A stretch of 64,000 nucleotides of DNA from Octopus vulgaris (taxonomy: Eukaryota). The DNA lies in contig OX597816.1 in NCBI GenBank assembly GCA_951406725.2, positions 155,434,001-155,498,000 on the forward strand, in the 5' to 3' direction. The notes beneath the pieces were generated by a model, which saw only the letters and a program-made list of their open reading frames with translations, was not told where the DNA came from and ran no database searches. Positions 42,455 through 55,348 of this stretch are shown here, one piece after another. The translations under genes and the position numbers were made by a program. Each line of letters opens with the position of its first letter. Within the stretch, counting starts at the first letter, position 1.

Positions 42455-43640
42455 ATACATATATCTACTACGTATGTGGAAAATTGATGTTTGTTTGTGG
42501 CGTTGTTAGCTAACTCCTCCTACATCGTGTTATTGATTTTGATGAAACTCGACACGTGAGTAGAACATATATCTAAACATTTCATGACATGCTTAGATTG
42601 TTGAAAAAATCGATAATGCGTCTCCTGGAAAGGATCTTTATATCTACCTCATATAACTAATTTTTTTAAACACTCAAGGGAAATAACGCATAGAACCGGC
42701 ATAATATTTCTTTTAAACACTCGAGGGAAATAACACATAGCGCTTACACTTACAGTTGTTAGTTTTTAACGAGGCGATCAATATTTGATTCTCACAATCA
42801 GTGGACCTAATTCTGCATTTCACTACTTACAGTTTTGAACTGCTAACCTTATTATTGCACTTTCTTGATACATGTACACTTTGAAGCCCATAACTCAATA
42901 ATTCTGCATTTTTCCAGTTAAAATTTTTCGATGACTGTACATAAATATTTTATTCCAGAATGTATTTATAGTGTGTCCCAATACAATAAACTCATTCTTT
43001 GAATGCTTAAAATTCTTAAAAAATGAAACCAAACATCCACATTCAGTTGGGACATCCTGTATCACTTATACTGATTTTACAAATCATATGTTACTTATTT
43101 ACAGTTCATACAACATTTTCATGAAATTAATTGAGCCGTCAAATTTAGAAATATTTTACAGGTTTCATTGTTTATGTTCGATTACTTTGAATATTGATTT
43201 TTTGTGTGTCCAATTTCTAATTTTTGCAGACAATATCACTTTTATACTTTATTTGACACGTGAGTAGAACTCATGTCTGGAATTCTCATGACATACTTAG
43301 ATTGTTAAAAAAATCGATAATAGGGCCCCTCCAATGGATCCTTCTATCTACTATATACTACTAATATTTTATTTAAACAACCCAAGGGAAATTACCCATA
43401 CCACCTGCACTTTTTAGTGAAGCCATCAATATATGATTCTCACGATCAGCCGACCTAATTCTGCATTTCACTACTCAGTTTTGAACTGCTAAACATTATC
43501 ATTATATTTCCTTGATTTGAATCTTATACCTTAAAGATTTCATTCATACATTTCTATACACACATACTTTTTTTGAATGCCAATAACTCCGAAAATTTTG
43601 CGTTTTTACAGTTACACTTTTTCCATGACAGTTGATAATT
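42455..43640 (+). repeat. Non-autonomous (Helitron-like) element with a diverged internal ~400-bp duplication
   Basis: GACACGTGAGTAGAAC...CCTAATTCTGCATTTCACTACT...GTTTTGAACTGCTAA occurs at ~42550 and ~43255. Confidence 0.55.
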
Positions 43641-44061
43641 TTTTTTTATTCCACAACGTATTTGTTGTAGTTTTATGCAGGCATAGCGTGGATTCGATCC
43701 TCGATTGCCAAATTTTACTTAATCCTTCAACAGCACTTTTCTCACGGTAAAACAATAGTTTTCTGTGAATGACAGCAATTATACATTTTCCAGCTGCCTT
43801 CACTAAGCAGAATAATGTCTTTGCCACTTGACCCTTCTAAGCCACCAGGGACTGGAAGAGAGATAACAGACATCCAACGAAATCCTTTGTTCTCAACAAT
43901 ATGTCTATCCTTCTGACTGCTTTTCGATAGTTATAAAAACAAGATGTTATATCTGTGGCAGATATAACATAAGGAAACAATGTAATTATTTTAGTTTCTA
44001 TTATTGATGTAAATTAGTTTGAAATGGTTTATCCTTTATGTTTGAAATCTATTTGGTCATC

Positions 44062-44148
44062 TGCGTCTGAAGAGAGCGGTTACTTTCTAATTGATGCTAT
44101 GTTTTCATTGAACAATTAAATGAAGCCGCTTGAAAGGGCCGTAATGTA
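44062..44148 (+). ncRNA. Type I hammerhead-like motif with extended stem II
   Basis: UGCGU-CUGAAGA-GAGCGGUU-(42 nt)-AGCCGCUU-GAAA-GGGCCG-UA-AUGUA. Stem III is one base from the palindrome CGGCCG. Confidence 0.6.
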
Positions 44149-44182
44149 TTTACGCCTGTACATCCTTGTTACTTATTTACAT

Positions 44183-44213
<31 letters not shown>

Positions 44214-44224
44214 CGATGTAACAC

Positions 44225-44271
44225 GTACTGAAAAAGGTAAGGCTATAATGCTAGTCCAGAAACCGGTCCAT
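44225..44271 (+). ncRNA. Degenerate hammerhead-like motif
   Basis: CUGAAAA...GGCUA-UAAUGC-UAGUC..GAAA-CCGG-UC; stem I is not supported. Confidence 0.35.
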
Positions 44272-44859
44272 TTGAGCCCAAATACCAGTAAATATATAGC
44301 TGGATGCTATATAGGTATGTGACTTGATTTTCTTAACCCATTCGCCCGCGTATGGTTGACTTCTGTAGTTATTATCAGTATTATTTTTTCGGCGGCTCAA
44401 ATAAGAGTTTTGACTGTTATTTCCAGCAAGTAGACATACTCAATATGTCCTTTGTTTAATATATACATATATATATATAATTGTGGGATATTGGGTAGCT
44501 TAATGTCTCAAAATGATTATTTCACAATCTAGTAATAAACTCTTAGTCACTGTGAGTTGTAAGGCACTGCATATCCCAATAGCCTCACTAAAATTGTTAT
44601 TCTACCAAAGTGTTAGCTTCTGTCTTTTTTTGTGTTAGTAAATCCAATGCAACTTACACTGCCAACTGAAGTCATCGTAAAATATTGTATAGTGAATTGG
44701 GACTAGCATACTTAATGTTGTATCAAATTTATGTTAAATGATTAAAATTATGTGATACGTCTTCGCTATTTTCCCCTCTTTCATTCTTCTCTCTCGCTCC
44801 CTCTCCTCTCTTTCACTGTAACAAATCTATGTCCGCCTGTTCATACTCTAACCCCTCTT

Positions 44860-45165
44860 CATCAGGCACAAAACCATCTCCCTCAGTACTACTACCCATG
44901 TTAGTCGAGGGAATGTCTTGCAAGTTACCTAGAGAATTCACTGGTGATGGTACTACATAAAAACCACCCAAAACAATCCGTAAATTGGTAAGCGTTAAGA
45001 AGGGTGTCCAGTTGTAGATGCTTTGCTAAAACACATACAGCTTAACACAGTCCTTTGGTTCGCCAGCTCCTCTGAAACTGTCCAACTCATGCCAGCAGGA
45101 AAAGTTGACTTTAAATGATGATAATGATGATAACGATGGTGATGATGATGATGATGATGATGATG
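44860..45165 (+). mobile_element. SINE family 3 / RTE-tail repeat ending in (GAT)n
   Basis: Diverged match to 50090-50332. Confidence 0.6.
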
Positions 45166-45819
45166 ATCTTGTTCATCATCATCATCATCAACATCTTGAT
45201 CATGATCATGACGAAGAAATGATGAGAAGACAATATCCTTCACTCCATTTATTAATTCTTGTTTATAAAGTAAGGAACAATACTTTGAAAATTAAAATCA
45301 TTAAATAATTGGGGTTATGCAGTAAAAGAGCGAGCTTCATCTTTTGTGACTTGTTTCATCTTTATAGCATCTTTTCAACTAACTTAGCTTCCGAAAAGTT
45401 TAGTTCATGACTAATACTATAACCATTCCAGCAAGTATGGAAGACATTTCCTGAAATATTTAAACTAATTAGATTTATCAGCTAACCATAGATTTTATTG
45501 TATTTCCTGAGGTATTGGATAAAGAATCAGCAAATGAATATGGCAATAATGCTCATATGTAGGCGTGAAAACTGACATTTTTTCAATCACTAACGTCAAT
45601 TAGTAATTGTGACTACTTTTCTTTGTTTTCGAGTAATTTAAAATCTCATTTTCATTATGATCTTGCGCAGTTCTCTTTTGTTTTTGCCTGTATTGTCGAG
45701 TTTTCCTAAGTAATTAATTTTTCATTTCTAATTTACTTGTCTTTTGATAAAAATATCTCTTACTTCAAAGGAAAAATTGAAATGTTTTCTCTTAGCTCAA
45801 TGAATAAATACTCTTGTTA

Positions 45820-46443
45820 GACGTGACGGCATCCAGTATTATCACTAACATACTTCCTCTCTTGCGCTAAGAAAACTCCGTTTATACTTGCTTTAAAAAA
45901 TATAATTTCTATATATAACATATCTGTGCAACGTTCAGACAAACAAACACGACTGAAAACAATACCTCCGCCTTCGCTAAGGTGGAAGTAATTAGCGGGT
46001 TTAGCAAACTAAACGAATATTGTCTGATATTTTCCTGTCATATTTCAACAATTTCATTGAATGCATTTATTTTCACGGAATCGAGTATATCTGTGTGATT
46101 AAGAAATTCGTTCCACAACTACGGGTTTTCGATGTGACGGCATCCAGTATTATCACTAACATACTTCCTCTCTTGCGCTAAGAAAACTCCGTTTATACTT
46201 GCTTTAAAAAATATAATTTCTATATATAACATATCTGTGCAACGTTCAGACAAACAAACACGACTGAAAACAATACCTCCGCCTTCGCTAAGGTGGAAGT
46301 AATTATCGGGTTTAGCAAACTAAACGAATATTGTCTGATATTTTCCTGTCATATTTCAACAATTTCATTGAATGCATTTATTTTCACGGAATCGAGTATA
46401 TCTGTGTGATTAAGAAATTCGTTCCACAACTACGGGTTTTCGA
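45820..46443 (+). repeat. Near-perfect 311-bp tandem duplication
   Basis: 45820-46130 repeats at 46131-46441 with about 2 visible differences. Confidence 0.95.
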
Positions 46444-47834
46444 GTTCGATCCCTCTGTGCAATACCTTAGGAAATTATTTTATAATGCAGTTAGAATCGA
46501 TAAGGCCTTGTGAGTGAAATCTGGTAGACAACGAATCTGAAAGAACCCTACCGAAGATATCTTTCCTTCTCTTGTTTGATAATCTTAATTTGTCAACCAG
46601 TTCCATACCAATTTCCTCTTACCTGTCTCGAAGGTCCTGAAAAGAATCAAAGATACAGCACTTCTTCCTCGAAATCATGGAAAGAAAACTGTTTTCAATG
46701 TATTCTTTAGGTGAAACCATTAGCATCAAGGCAGTCATTGTAACTATTATTCACAGCTGACGTTCGTATTGTCATTTCTTCTTTTCCACTTATAAAGCTT
46801 TATCAGCGATAACTTTCGTCTACCTTCCAATCCATGTCATATTAATACTACAGGCTTACCTTCTGCCTGGAGTTTACTTGTTTACATCGCAACTATTAAG
46901 AACTTCCCATTGTTGAACTGTTACGAACTTCCTGTGGTTTATACTCATTTACGTATTTGATTTATAAATATGCTGTAATCTTATTCTATATTGCATATCA
47001 TTTTGTTGTGTTATACATATGCCAGCTTCACCGATACAGTAAATCTTCATTTAGAGCACGAGTTTAAACACAAATTCGTCTTTAACACCAATTGAGTGAA
47101 ACTTATTATCTCAAATAATTTGATGTCGAATAACCCTCAATATATGTGTGCGAGTGTGTGTATGAATATCTATATATATGTATACATATGAACATACGTA
47201 TGTATATATGTCTGTATCCATATATATATATATGTATATCTTCCTTTCTTTCCTTCTTTCTATCTATCTTATACACACACAAACGCACACACACAAACAC
47301 ACACATATATGCATATACACATATATATATATATACATACATATTTATTTATGTCATTGTTCAGTTTTATTTCAAGATTTATTGGCAATAGAGAAAATGC
47401 CGGTTTCTAACCTAGATTCAAGGCTCCTTCATTGGAATTTCAACATCGACAACAGGGTATTTTTGTATGTATGTATGTATGTATAACCGAACTTTAGGTT
47501 AATTGAAATATGTTTGGGACGTATTTCAGCTTATAAAATCAAAGAAGTTACCGTAGAGAAAATTTCTCTTTGAGGGCAAAATGTGTAAAAACACAATATC
47601 TGGACAGTGTTGCCTTCTATCGGGTTCCCAGACACACCACTTCTAGGTCTTCAGTCTTCTTCAATAGGAAATACCGAAGAGAGGTAACTCTGGACGAATT
47701 TAAAGCCTTAGCTTTAACTAAATCACTGTCAGTAACGTTGATTGTTGTTCAATAGCGCAATTCAATCAATGTTGTTGATAGTGTTCTAGCTAAAACTATG
47801 GTTTTAAATCTGCTCAAAAGTGAAGAATATTTTT

Positions 47835-49590
47835 TCATTTCATTATCATCATCATCATCATCATCATCATTATAGACTGTGTCAACTCCATCGTAAACTG
47901 AATATTGCCGTTTATTTTTTCTAACTTCTTAAATTTTTCAAGTTTATTTAGATCCTCCTGCCATAGAATTGAACACGCATCTATGTATTTTTTATAATTT
48001 TCTTTCAGATACATGTAGAGTGTGTCTCCAGATATATTAATAAGGTGTTCGTAAATTTCCTTTTCAAAGTAACCCATTATTACGTTAGCATACATCAGGT
48101 TAACTTTGGTTCCCATTGCAGTGCTTGATATTTGACAGCACGTTAGATCATCAAATACGAGGTAATTATGTTGTAATGTGATTCTCAGACCATCAGTGAT
48201 GAAGTTTTTTGATGCGGGTCGGCAATTCGACTTGGTATGCATCTGACCCAAATTTTATTGCATCGATTCTATTAGAATGTGGGTGTATTGGAGTATAGAT
48301 TAATAACATCAAAGGAAACAATAATTGTATTTTGGCTCACTGTCTTTGATAAGTGTTTAAGTAATTCTAAGTCATCTCAAATAAAATTGTAAGTGTGTTT
48401 TGAGAAAGATTTTAGTAAGATGTCCAATAAATTGCTTAATCTATTTGCATCACATGTAGAGCCTACTATAATTCGTCTGAGTTCCGAATCGCCTGGAGAT
48501 GCTGTTTTGATATATTCAGATTTAGAGTTTATTACACGCGTCACTTATAGGTTTATTCTTGTGTTTTGAATCGACCACAAAAATTGCTAGTTTTGCATCT
48601 GAAATTGTTTATTTTACCAAATTCTTTACGTGTCAAGCATTTGTGGTATCTATGCAATAAAGTCTGGCGATTTCCCATTACCTTTCATTCTTTTCAGTTC
48701 TCTATGTTTTCATAATAGTTGCTATTTTTCTAACATTCTAAGTACAAGCTCTTTGTTATACTTTGTTATACTTTGTATCATTAACACCAACTTTATTGGC
48801 TCTTTTAATCAAAATTTCAATGCGCTCTTGTAGATTAATTGGATTTTACCATTCCATTCGGATCTTGAGAAATTTGACTGCATATTTTTCCCTTTTTTCC
48901 CTTTTTCGGACAGAATTTGCTTTTCTTTTTTACTACCCACTACTATCTACATCGCTACTATTATTTTCACTTTCAAAGAAGTGTTTGGCAGAACTCTGTT
49001 ATCTCATGTTTTCATTTCAGGGCAGATGAACTTTCAGGAGCGGGTGTAATTTTAGTCCCTTACTCAATATATTAAAATCTACATCGTTTAATGTGGGTGC
49101 TACCGCCCCGCAGTGGGAACTGAGAGGATCCAGGTGGGTGCTGGTGTCTAAGGGGTGGTGCGGGATGGGGGGAGGGGGGAGAAAAAGGAGGTATTGGGAA
49201 GAAGGCAGTGGAATGGGGGATGCTATAAATTTATATTATCATAGTATTGTATACAAATTATATATTATATCAAATATCAAATGGTTCATAGTATATTTAA
49301 ATTAGTAAAATATAGAATATTTATTTATTCATAAAATAGGGCTGGGGCGCTGAGGGTATTATGTGGCCACGAGAGGGGTGGTGGCCCGAAAAGTTTGAAA
49401 ACCTTCTGTTTAATGTTTTTTTTTTAGATAAGTTAATGACCTCTGGCTTCTCCAGTTTAGCAGCCATTTTCTGTCCTGATATCTCTTGGGTCCGATGTCA
49501 AAAATAACTTTTGTCTTAATCATCTTTAGCAATGTCTACTCTACTGTTTTGAGCTGATTTATCGATTTTATCCCATGTTTTATGGTAAAC
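47835..49590 (-). mobile_element. Penelope-like element RT relic (same family as 33390-35590)
   Basis: LQHNYLVFDD..QISSTAMGTKVNLMYANVIMGYFE..KYIDACSILW..NIQFTME, and an upstream LSKGLKLHP-like N-terminus. Confidence 0.8.
49095..49408. mobile_element. hAT-type MITE inserted in the PLE
   Basis: 8-bp duplication TTTAATGT (49087-49094 and 49409-49416), right end AAAAGTTTGAAAACCTTCTG, left terminus eroded. Confidence 0.65.
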
Positions 49591-49594
49591 ATTA

Positions 49595-49672
49595 AACTCA
49601 GAACGTAAAGACAGACGAAATACTGCTAAGCATTTCGTCGAGTGTGCTAACAATTCTGCCAGCTCACCACCT
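49595..49672 (-). mobile_element. MetaSINE-like head fragment
   Basis: AACTCAGAACGTAAAGACAGACGAAATAC...CTGCCAGCTCACC. Confidence 0.7.
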
Positions 49673-49735
49673 TAATAATGTTTATGAGTTACGTTCTAAC
49701 CGGGATTTGGATTACTTCTGTTACGTGGTCGCATC

Positions 49736-49812
<77 letters not shown>

Positions 49813-49834
49813 TAATGTGTTTGTCTATGCATGA

Positions 49835-49871
<37 letters not shown>

Positions 49872-49969
49872 TACTAAAATAGTATAAAATTTTTTCAGAA
49901 AAAATTTCATCAAAAGTGGCAGCATATTAAAATACCTTTAAAGGTTAAAATTATAAACAACTTAAAAAC

Positions 49970-50056
49970 AAGGGCAAAAGAAAAATTATTTCTATGCCAA
50001 TATGCTAAAGTCTGTTCTCAGCATATTAGCATAGAAATAATTTTTCTCTTGCCCTT
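49970..50056. repeat. Hairpin: 37-bp inverted arms with a 13-nt loop
   Basis: Arms 49970-50006 and 50020-50056 with 2 mismatches. Confidence 0.9.
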
Positions 50057-50089
50057 CTTTATAAATTATATATATATATATATATATAC

Positions 50090-50332
50090 GTAAAAGCACT
50101 ATCCGAACATGACCGATGCCGTGCCTGCTGACTGGCTCCCGTGCCGGAGGCACGTAAAAGGCACCCACTACACTCTTGGAGTGGTTGGTGTTAGGAAGGG
50201 CATCCAGCTGTAGAAACTTTGCCAGATCAGACTGGAGCCTGGTACAGACTTCTGGCTTGCCAGACCTCAGTCAAACCGTCCAACCCATGCCAGCAAGGAA
50301 AACGGACGTTAAATGATGATGATGATGATGAT
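50090..50332 (+). mobile_element. SINE family 3 (TTAGGAAGGGCATCCAGC core, (GAT)n tail)
   Basis: Multiple copies in the window. Confidence 0.8.
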
Positions 50333-50530
50333 GGTATAGATATACTAAATATTAAGAGAAACTCATTTAATATAAAAGTTAAATTTATAGGTTTAGTGTT
50401 TTAAAATGGTTTCTTCATAGTGTAATTATTTATAAACATTATAATAAATGTACTTAAATCATTTCAAGGACATCCTCCATACATCAGGTTACAAGTATCC
50501 TTAAATTGACATCTATATTTATCCTTTTAA

Positions 50531-50751
50531 CCCTTTCGTTACCAACCTGGCTGAAACCACTTCTGGTTCTGTAGTACAAATATCTTGTTTTCATAAGTTT
50601 TGAATTGAAATCTACCACCAAACCTTAGTCACAATTTATGTTCCTAACACTAGCTTAATGATAGCTAAGTTATTTTACTAAATTCTTTGATATATTTAAA
50701 GTAATTGAAAGAAACACAGAGCATGTCAAAATAAATACAGTAATGAAAGGG
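50531..50751. mobile_element. piggyBac-type MITE
   Basis: TTAA|CCCTTTCGTTAC ... GTAATGAAAGGG|TTAA. Confidence 0.85.
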
Positions 50752-51924
50752 TTAAACCTTTGGATATAAACTAAACCCAGCCCTTTAATAGCAAAAGTAA
50801 ATAGACTTGAAACAAGAAGCTATTAGATGGTTTGCAGCATCAGTGAAAAATAATTGATTCCAACTGTAACATAGGATTAGATCATCTGCTTTGAAGAGAT
50901 GTTAATCTGAAGGAAAACCCTGCCTGAAATACCAGACTCATTTCTTATTGTACAGATATTTATTTTCAAATTAAAATAGATGGAACTAATGCTATAAGTC
51001 TTTCTGACACATAGAAAATTCTTATGTAAGACACAGATTAGAGCAGGGACTTTTAGATTATTGGAGTGAGGTTGGCTGTGTGGAAGATCAATAGGTGTTT
51101 ATGCCTTCAAATTTACCCTCTACATGCTACCAATGTTATCCAAGGAACAGGCAAGGGCTTGTGCAGCCTGGCAGCAGTGTTGTAACAAGCACTACCAAGA
51201 GAAAAGAAACAGCTGGAACAGATAGTACAAACTTTCCCATTCAAACCATTGTAACTAAATCTTAGTTATTGAGCTCAAAATGATAAAAAGCAAAGTTGAC
51301 CTTCGTATGAGTTAAACTCTGAGTGCCTAGAGCCAGAATAGATATTACAAGATATTCTATCTGTTGTTTTAATAACTGTACCATGTTGTCATCTGCTGAT
51401 TGCTAATAGTGATTTAAACATCATACATCGATTTATAATATTTTTCTTCAATTAAATAAATCCATGCTGAGTAGTTTTATATTGATTTTAGAATATTTTA
51501 AAGTAGTCTTTAACATAATCAACCCAACTAATTTTGCTACTAATATTGTAACAGAATTCAAAAGCTTTACCTAAAATTTTGGGCATCTCCCTCCTAACTA
51601 ACATACTTTGTTCTATAAATTAGCATTAATATATTCACAGAAAAACTGATGAGTAATAAATATGTAAAGAGGAAGATGGATACTTTTGTGACTTCTTTTA
51701 TCTTCATTTTTTCTGGGAAATACAGGGTGTCAAGCAAGGATAATTCTTTTGATTATTCATGATAAACAATAATATCCAGAAATTAATGCAAGTGAATATA
51801 AAAGTCTTTCTGCTTCAAAGTGATTGCTCCACAATGTAATTGCTTCAATTTCAAGAAACAACCTCAGATCAAATCACATGCTAAACCAGTACAACTTTAT
51901 ACTATGTACAAGCAATATTGGTTT

Positions 51925-52133
51925 CAAATTTTGGCACAAGGCCAGCAATTTCTGGTGTGGGTGGTAAGTCAATTACATCAACCCCAGTGTTCAACTGGTG
52001 GGTATTTTTTCAATCCTGGAAGGACGAAAGGCAAAGTTGACCTCGGCTGAATTTGAACTCAGAACGTAAATACAGATGAAATGTCACTAAGCATTTTGCC
52101 TGGCACGCTAACGATTCTGCCAGTTTTCTGCCT
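51925..52133 (-). mobile_element. MetaSINE-like SINE, CpG-decayed
   Basis: Reverse complement of the SINE consensus with CG->TG/CA changes. Confidence 0.75.
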
Positions 52134-52219
52134 TACTCTGCACTAGCAATATTAAACATGGATAATACTAGGTACAAGTAATACTAAGGAAATATATTTG
52201 AGTGTTAACTTGAAGAGAA

Positions 52220-53005
52220 ACCATCGGGCTGGCGGATTTCCAAAATATAGCACCCCAGATCATCACAGATCCTCCTCCATGTTTAACAGTTGGAAGAAGG
52301 CAGTCCGGGTCAAATGCTTCTTTTGGCTGTCTCCACACATATACACAGTTAGTGTTCAGAAATAAGGTATAAGATGACTCGTCCGAGAAAATAACATTCT
52401 TCCACTGCTCTAGGGACCAATTCTGTAGGTTTTTACTCCATTCTATACGCTGTGCAACATTTGTTTTTGAAAGTAGTGGTTTTCTGATTGCAGTGCTCCT
52501 ATGAGATCCGGCTTTGTGCAGCTCCCAGTGAACAGTTTTTGTGGAAACTGGGTTCTCGAGATGGTTATTAAGCTCTGCAATAATTTTGGGTGCTGTACTT
52601 TTATGATCCTTTCTAACAATTCGCGTAAGAGTCCCACGGTCCCTATCTGAAAGTTTTGGGTTTCTTCTGGAGTTTTGTTTAGATGAGGAAGTTTTTCCTC
52701 TTTCTCAAAGGCAGTCATTACTTTTGAGACAGTACTTTTTGATACACCAAACATTTCAGCTGTTTTCGTTACTCTAGCGCCTACCATACGAGCACCAACA
52801 ATTTTACCTTTTTGAAAGTCTGATAGATCTGTCATTTTAATGAATTTTAATTACTTTTCTCTGATGATATCTGAAAAGAAACAGCAATTTTAGCAAAACA
52901 TATTAAGCAACATTAATAATAAATAAAAACATAAAAATAAACAAGCTTTTGACGGTTTTATAGATATTTCAAAATTATGATGCCATGATGCTAAGTATTT
53001 CCATT
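52220..53005 (-). mobile_element. Tc1 transposon 5' fragment
   Basis: MTDLSDFQKGKIVGARMVG..FGVSKSTVSKVM, WKNVIFSDES and PTVKHGGGSVMIWG. Confidence 0.85.
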
Positions 53006-53013
53006 ATATATAT

Positions 53014-53750
53014 ACAGACATGCAGGAAGTAAATAGACACATTTAATTTTCAAAATTTATGATCTAAACATCTTAATATGTTTTCAGCAGTATAGAATTT
53101 ACAATGTAATTATTCTTTTTCATTCCAAGTGCCATTATGTTAAACATTTGCGAAGAGTAATCATACCACGCACAAAAAATTCAGTAGAATTGTCAGATTT
53201 TCAAAGAGGTTGTATTGTTGGGCAATCTGAGGCTGGTCTTAGCCAGCGAAAAATTGCCGAAAATGTTCAAATTCCTCCTGCTACTGTTAATAGAATTATA
53301 GTGCAATTCAAAACCAAGGAAAAGTATCAACAGATTCTCATCCTGGCCGACCTGGACCCTCAGAAAGTAAGCTTCACTATTTGAAGAGAATTGTGGAAAA
53401 TGAACCCTATTCGAAGGCTTCAGACATTGCAAAAACAGCTAGAAGTTAGTTCAAGAACATGTGTTACATATCTGCATAAGCTTGGGTATTATGGACGAGC
53501 AGCTAGAAGAAAACCTCTCCTTCAACCAATTAATATCACGAAAAGAAAGAAATGGGCTAAGGAGATGTCAGAAAAATCCAGTTCATTTTGGGATGGAGTG
53601 ATTTTCTCAGATGAATCCAGATTTGCAATATTTTCAAACAGTGGACGTGTTTGGGTCTGGAGGCTTCCCATTCAAGAATTTGATTTGAAATGACACCAAC
53701 CAACTGTAAAACATGACAGTATCTCTGTAATGGTATGAGGAGCTGTCACC
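53014..53750 (+). mobile_element. Tc1 transposon 5' fragment
   Basis: TA|CAG start; [28 protein letters not shown] and VIFSDESRF. Confidence 0.85.
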
Positions 53751-53944
53751 CAACATCCTTCCAAATGCCAGCATCCTTTCTGATGCTAATGCTCCTCTTA
53801 ACACCAATATAGAACTGAAAATAGATTTTTCCCTTTCACAAAATTTTTTCCCCTTTACTCTTCCTTATTGTCATAAAAATGGCAAGGACTTGGAGCATTA
53901 GATCACCTACCTCCACAATCAAACTCACCTAGGAACTCTCATCC

Positions 53945-54238
53945 TCATCATCATCATCGTTTAACGTCCGTTTACCATGCTGGCATGGGTTGGGCAGTTC
54001 GACCAGAGTTTAGGAAGCCAGGAGGCTACACCAAGTTCCAGGCTGATCAAGCAGTGTTTCTACAGCTGGATGCCCTTCTACAGCTGGATGCCCTTCTACA
54101 GCTGGATGCCCTTCCTAGTGCTTTTTACATGCCACCAGCAAGAGGTGCCAGGGTAGGCTGGTAACGGCCATGATTGGTTGTTACTTTTTACGTGCCAGCG
54201 TCATGGAAGCCAGTCAAGGTGGTGCTGGCATCGGCCTC
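53945..54238 (-). mobile_element. SINE family 3 copy with an internal triplicated 18-mer
   Basis: (CTACAGCTGGATGCCCTT)x3 at ~54060-54113. Confidence 0.75.
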
Positions 54239-54374
54239 CAATATGTTAATTGTCACTGATACAAACTGCTAACTTTTTCAGGATTCTAGATTAACCATAA
54301 AATTGAAAATGTTAATATCAATCTCAATATTCTGCTCCAAAAGATGTTGAACCTTTCATATTTTTATTTTTTAA

Positions 54375-54753
54375 CTCTTTTACTTGTTTCAGTCATTTGA
54401 CTATAGCCATGATGGAGCACTGCCTTTAGTCAAAGAAATTTACTTCAGGACTTATTCTTTGTAAGCCTGGTACTTATTCTATTGGTCTCTTTTGCCAAAC
54501 CACTAAGTTACGGGGACATAAGCACACCAGCATCAGTTGTCAAGAGAGGGGTGGGGTGCAAACACACACACACATAAATATATACATATATACATATGAT
54601 GGGCTTCTTTAAGTTTCCATCTACCAAATCCACTTACAAGGCTTTGCTTGGCCCAAGGCTATAGTAGAAGACACTTGCCCAAGGTGCTATGCAGTGGGAT
54701 TGAACCTGGAACCATATGGTTGAGAAGCAAGCTTCTTACCACCCAGCCACTCC
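54375..54753 (-). mobile_element. SINE family 2 copy, CpG-decayed
   Basis: Reverse complement of 35763-36243. Confidence 0.85.
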
Positions 54754-54779
54754 TGTGAAAAGAATTCCACAAACAGAAC

Positions 54780-55235
54780 ACTAGAGGAATTAGATGCAGT
54801 ATGCAAGAGAGAAAACTGCACTGGTTTTGTGATGTGTATAGATGTAGACAGTTGTATACAGAAGTGCCGATCACTTACAGTGAACCCAAGAAGACATAGG
54901 ACAAAGTATTGAAGGCCAATCTCAAAACACTGGGCCTCACAAAGGAGATGACATACTACAGCAGAATTGATAATGGTGCTGGTTCCACATATAATGCATT
55001 GGTGCTGGTGCCACATGAAAAGCACCCAGTACATTCTGTGGAGTGTTTGGCATTAGGAAGGGCATCCAGCTGTAGAAATTATGCCAGAACACATAATGGA
55101 GCCTGATGTAGCCCCTTTCCTTACCAGCTCTGCTCAAACTGTCCGACCCATGCTCGCATGAAAAAAACAGACATTAAATGATGATAATAATGATGATGTG
55201 ATGATGATGTAATGATGATGATGATGATGATGATG
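54780..55235 (+). mobile_element. RTE 3' fragment joined to a SINE family 3 tail
   Basis: RGIRCSMQERKLHWF..LKTLGLTKEMT followed by GGAAGGGCATCCAGC and (GAT)n. Confidence 0.65.
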
Positions 55236-55348
55236 GCTTATCAGTCTGTTCACATGTACTTATTGACTCAGTTACCCATTTTCTCATCTCAATATTTAAG
55301 TGATTTATTTTCCTACAAAAATGTGGATGCACAGAGATAATACATTAA

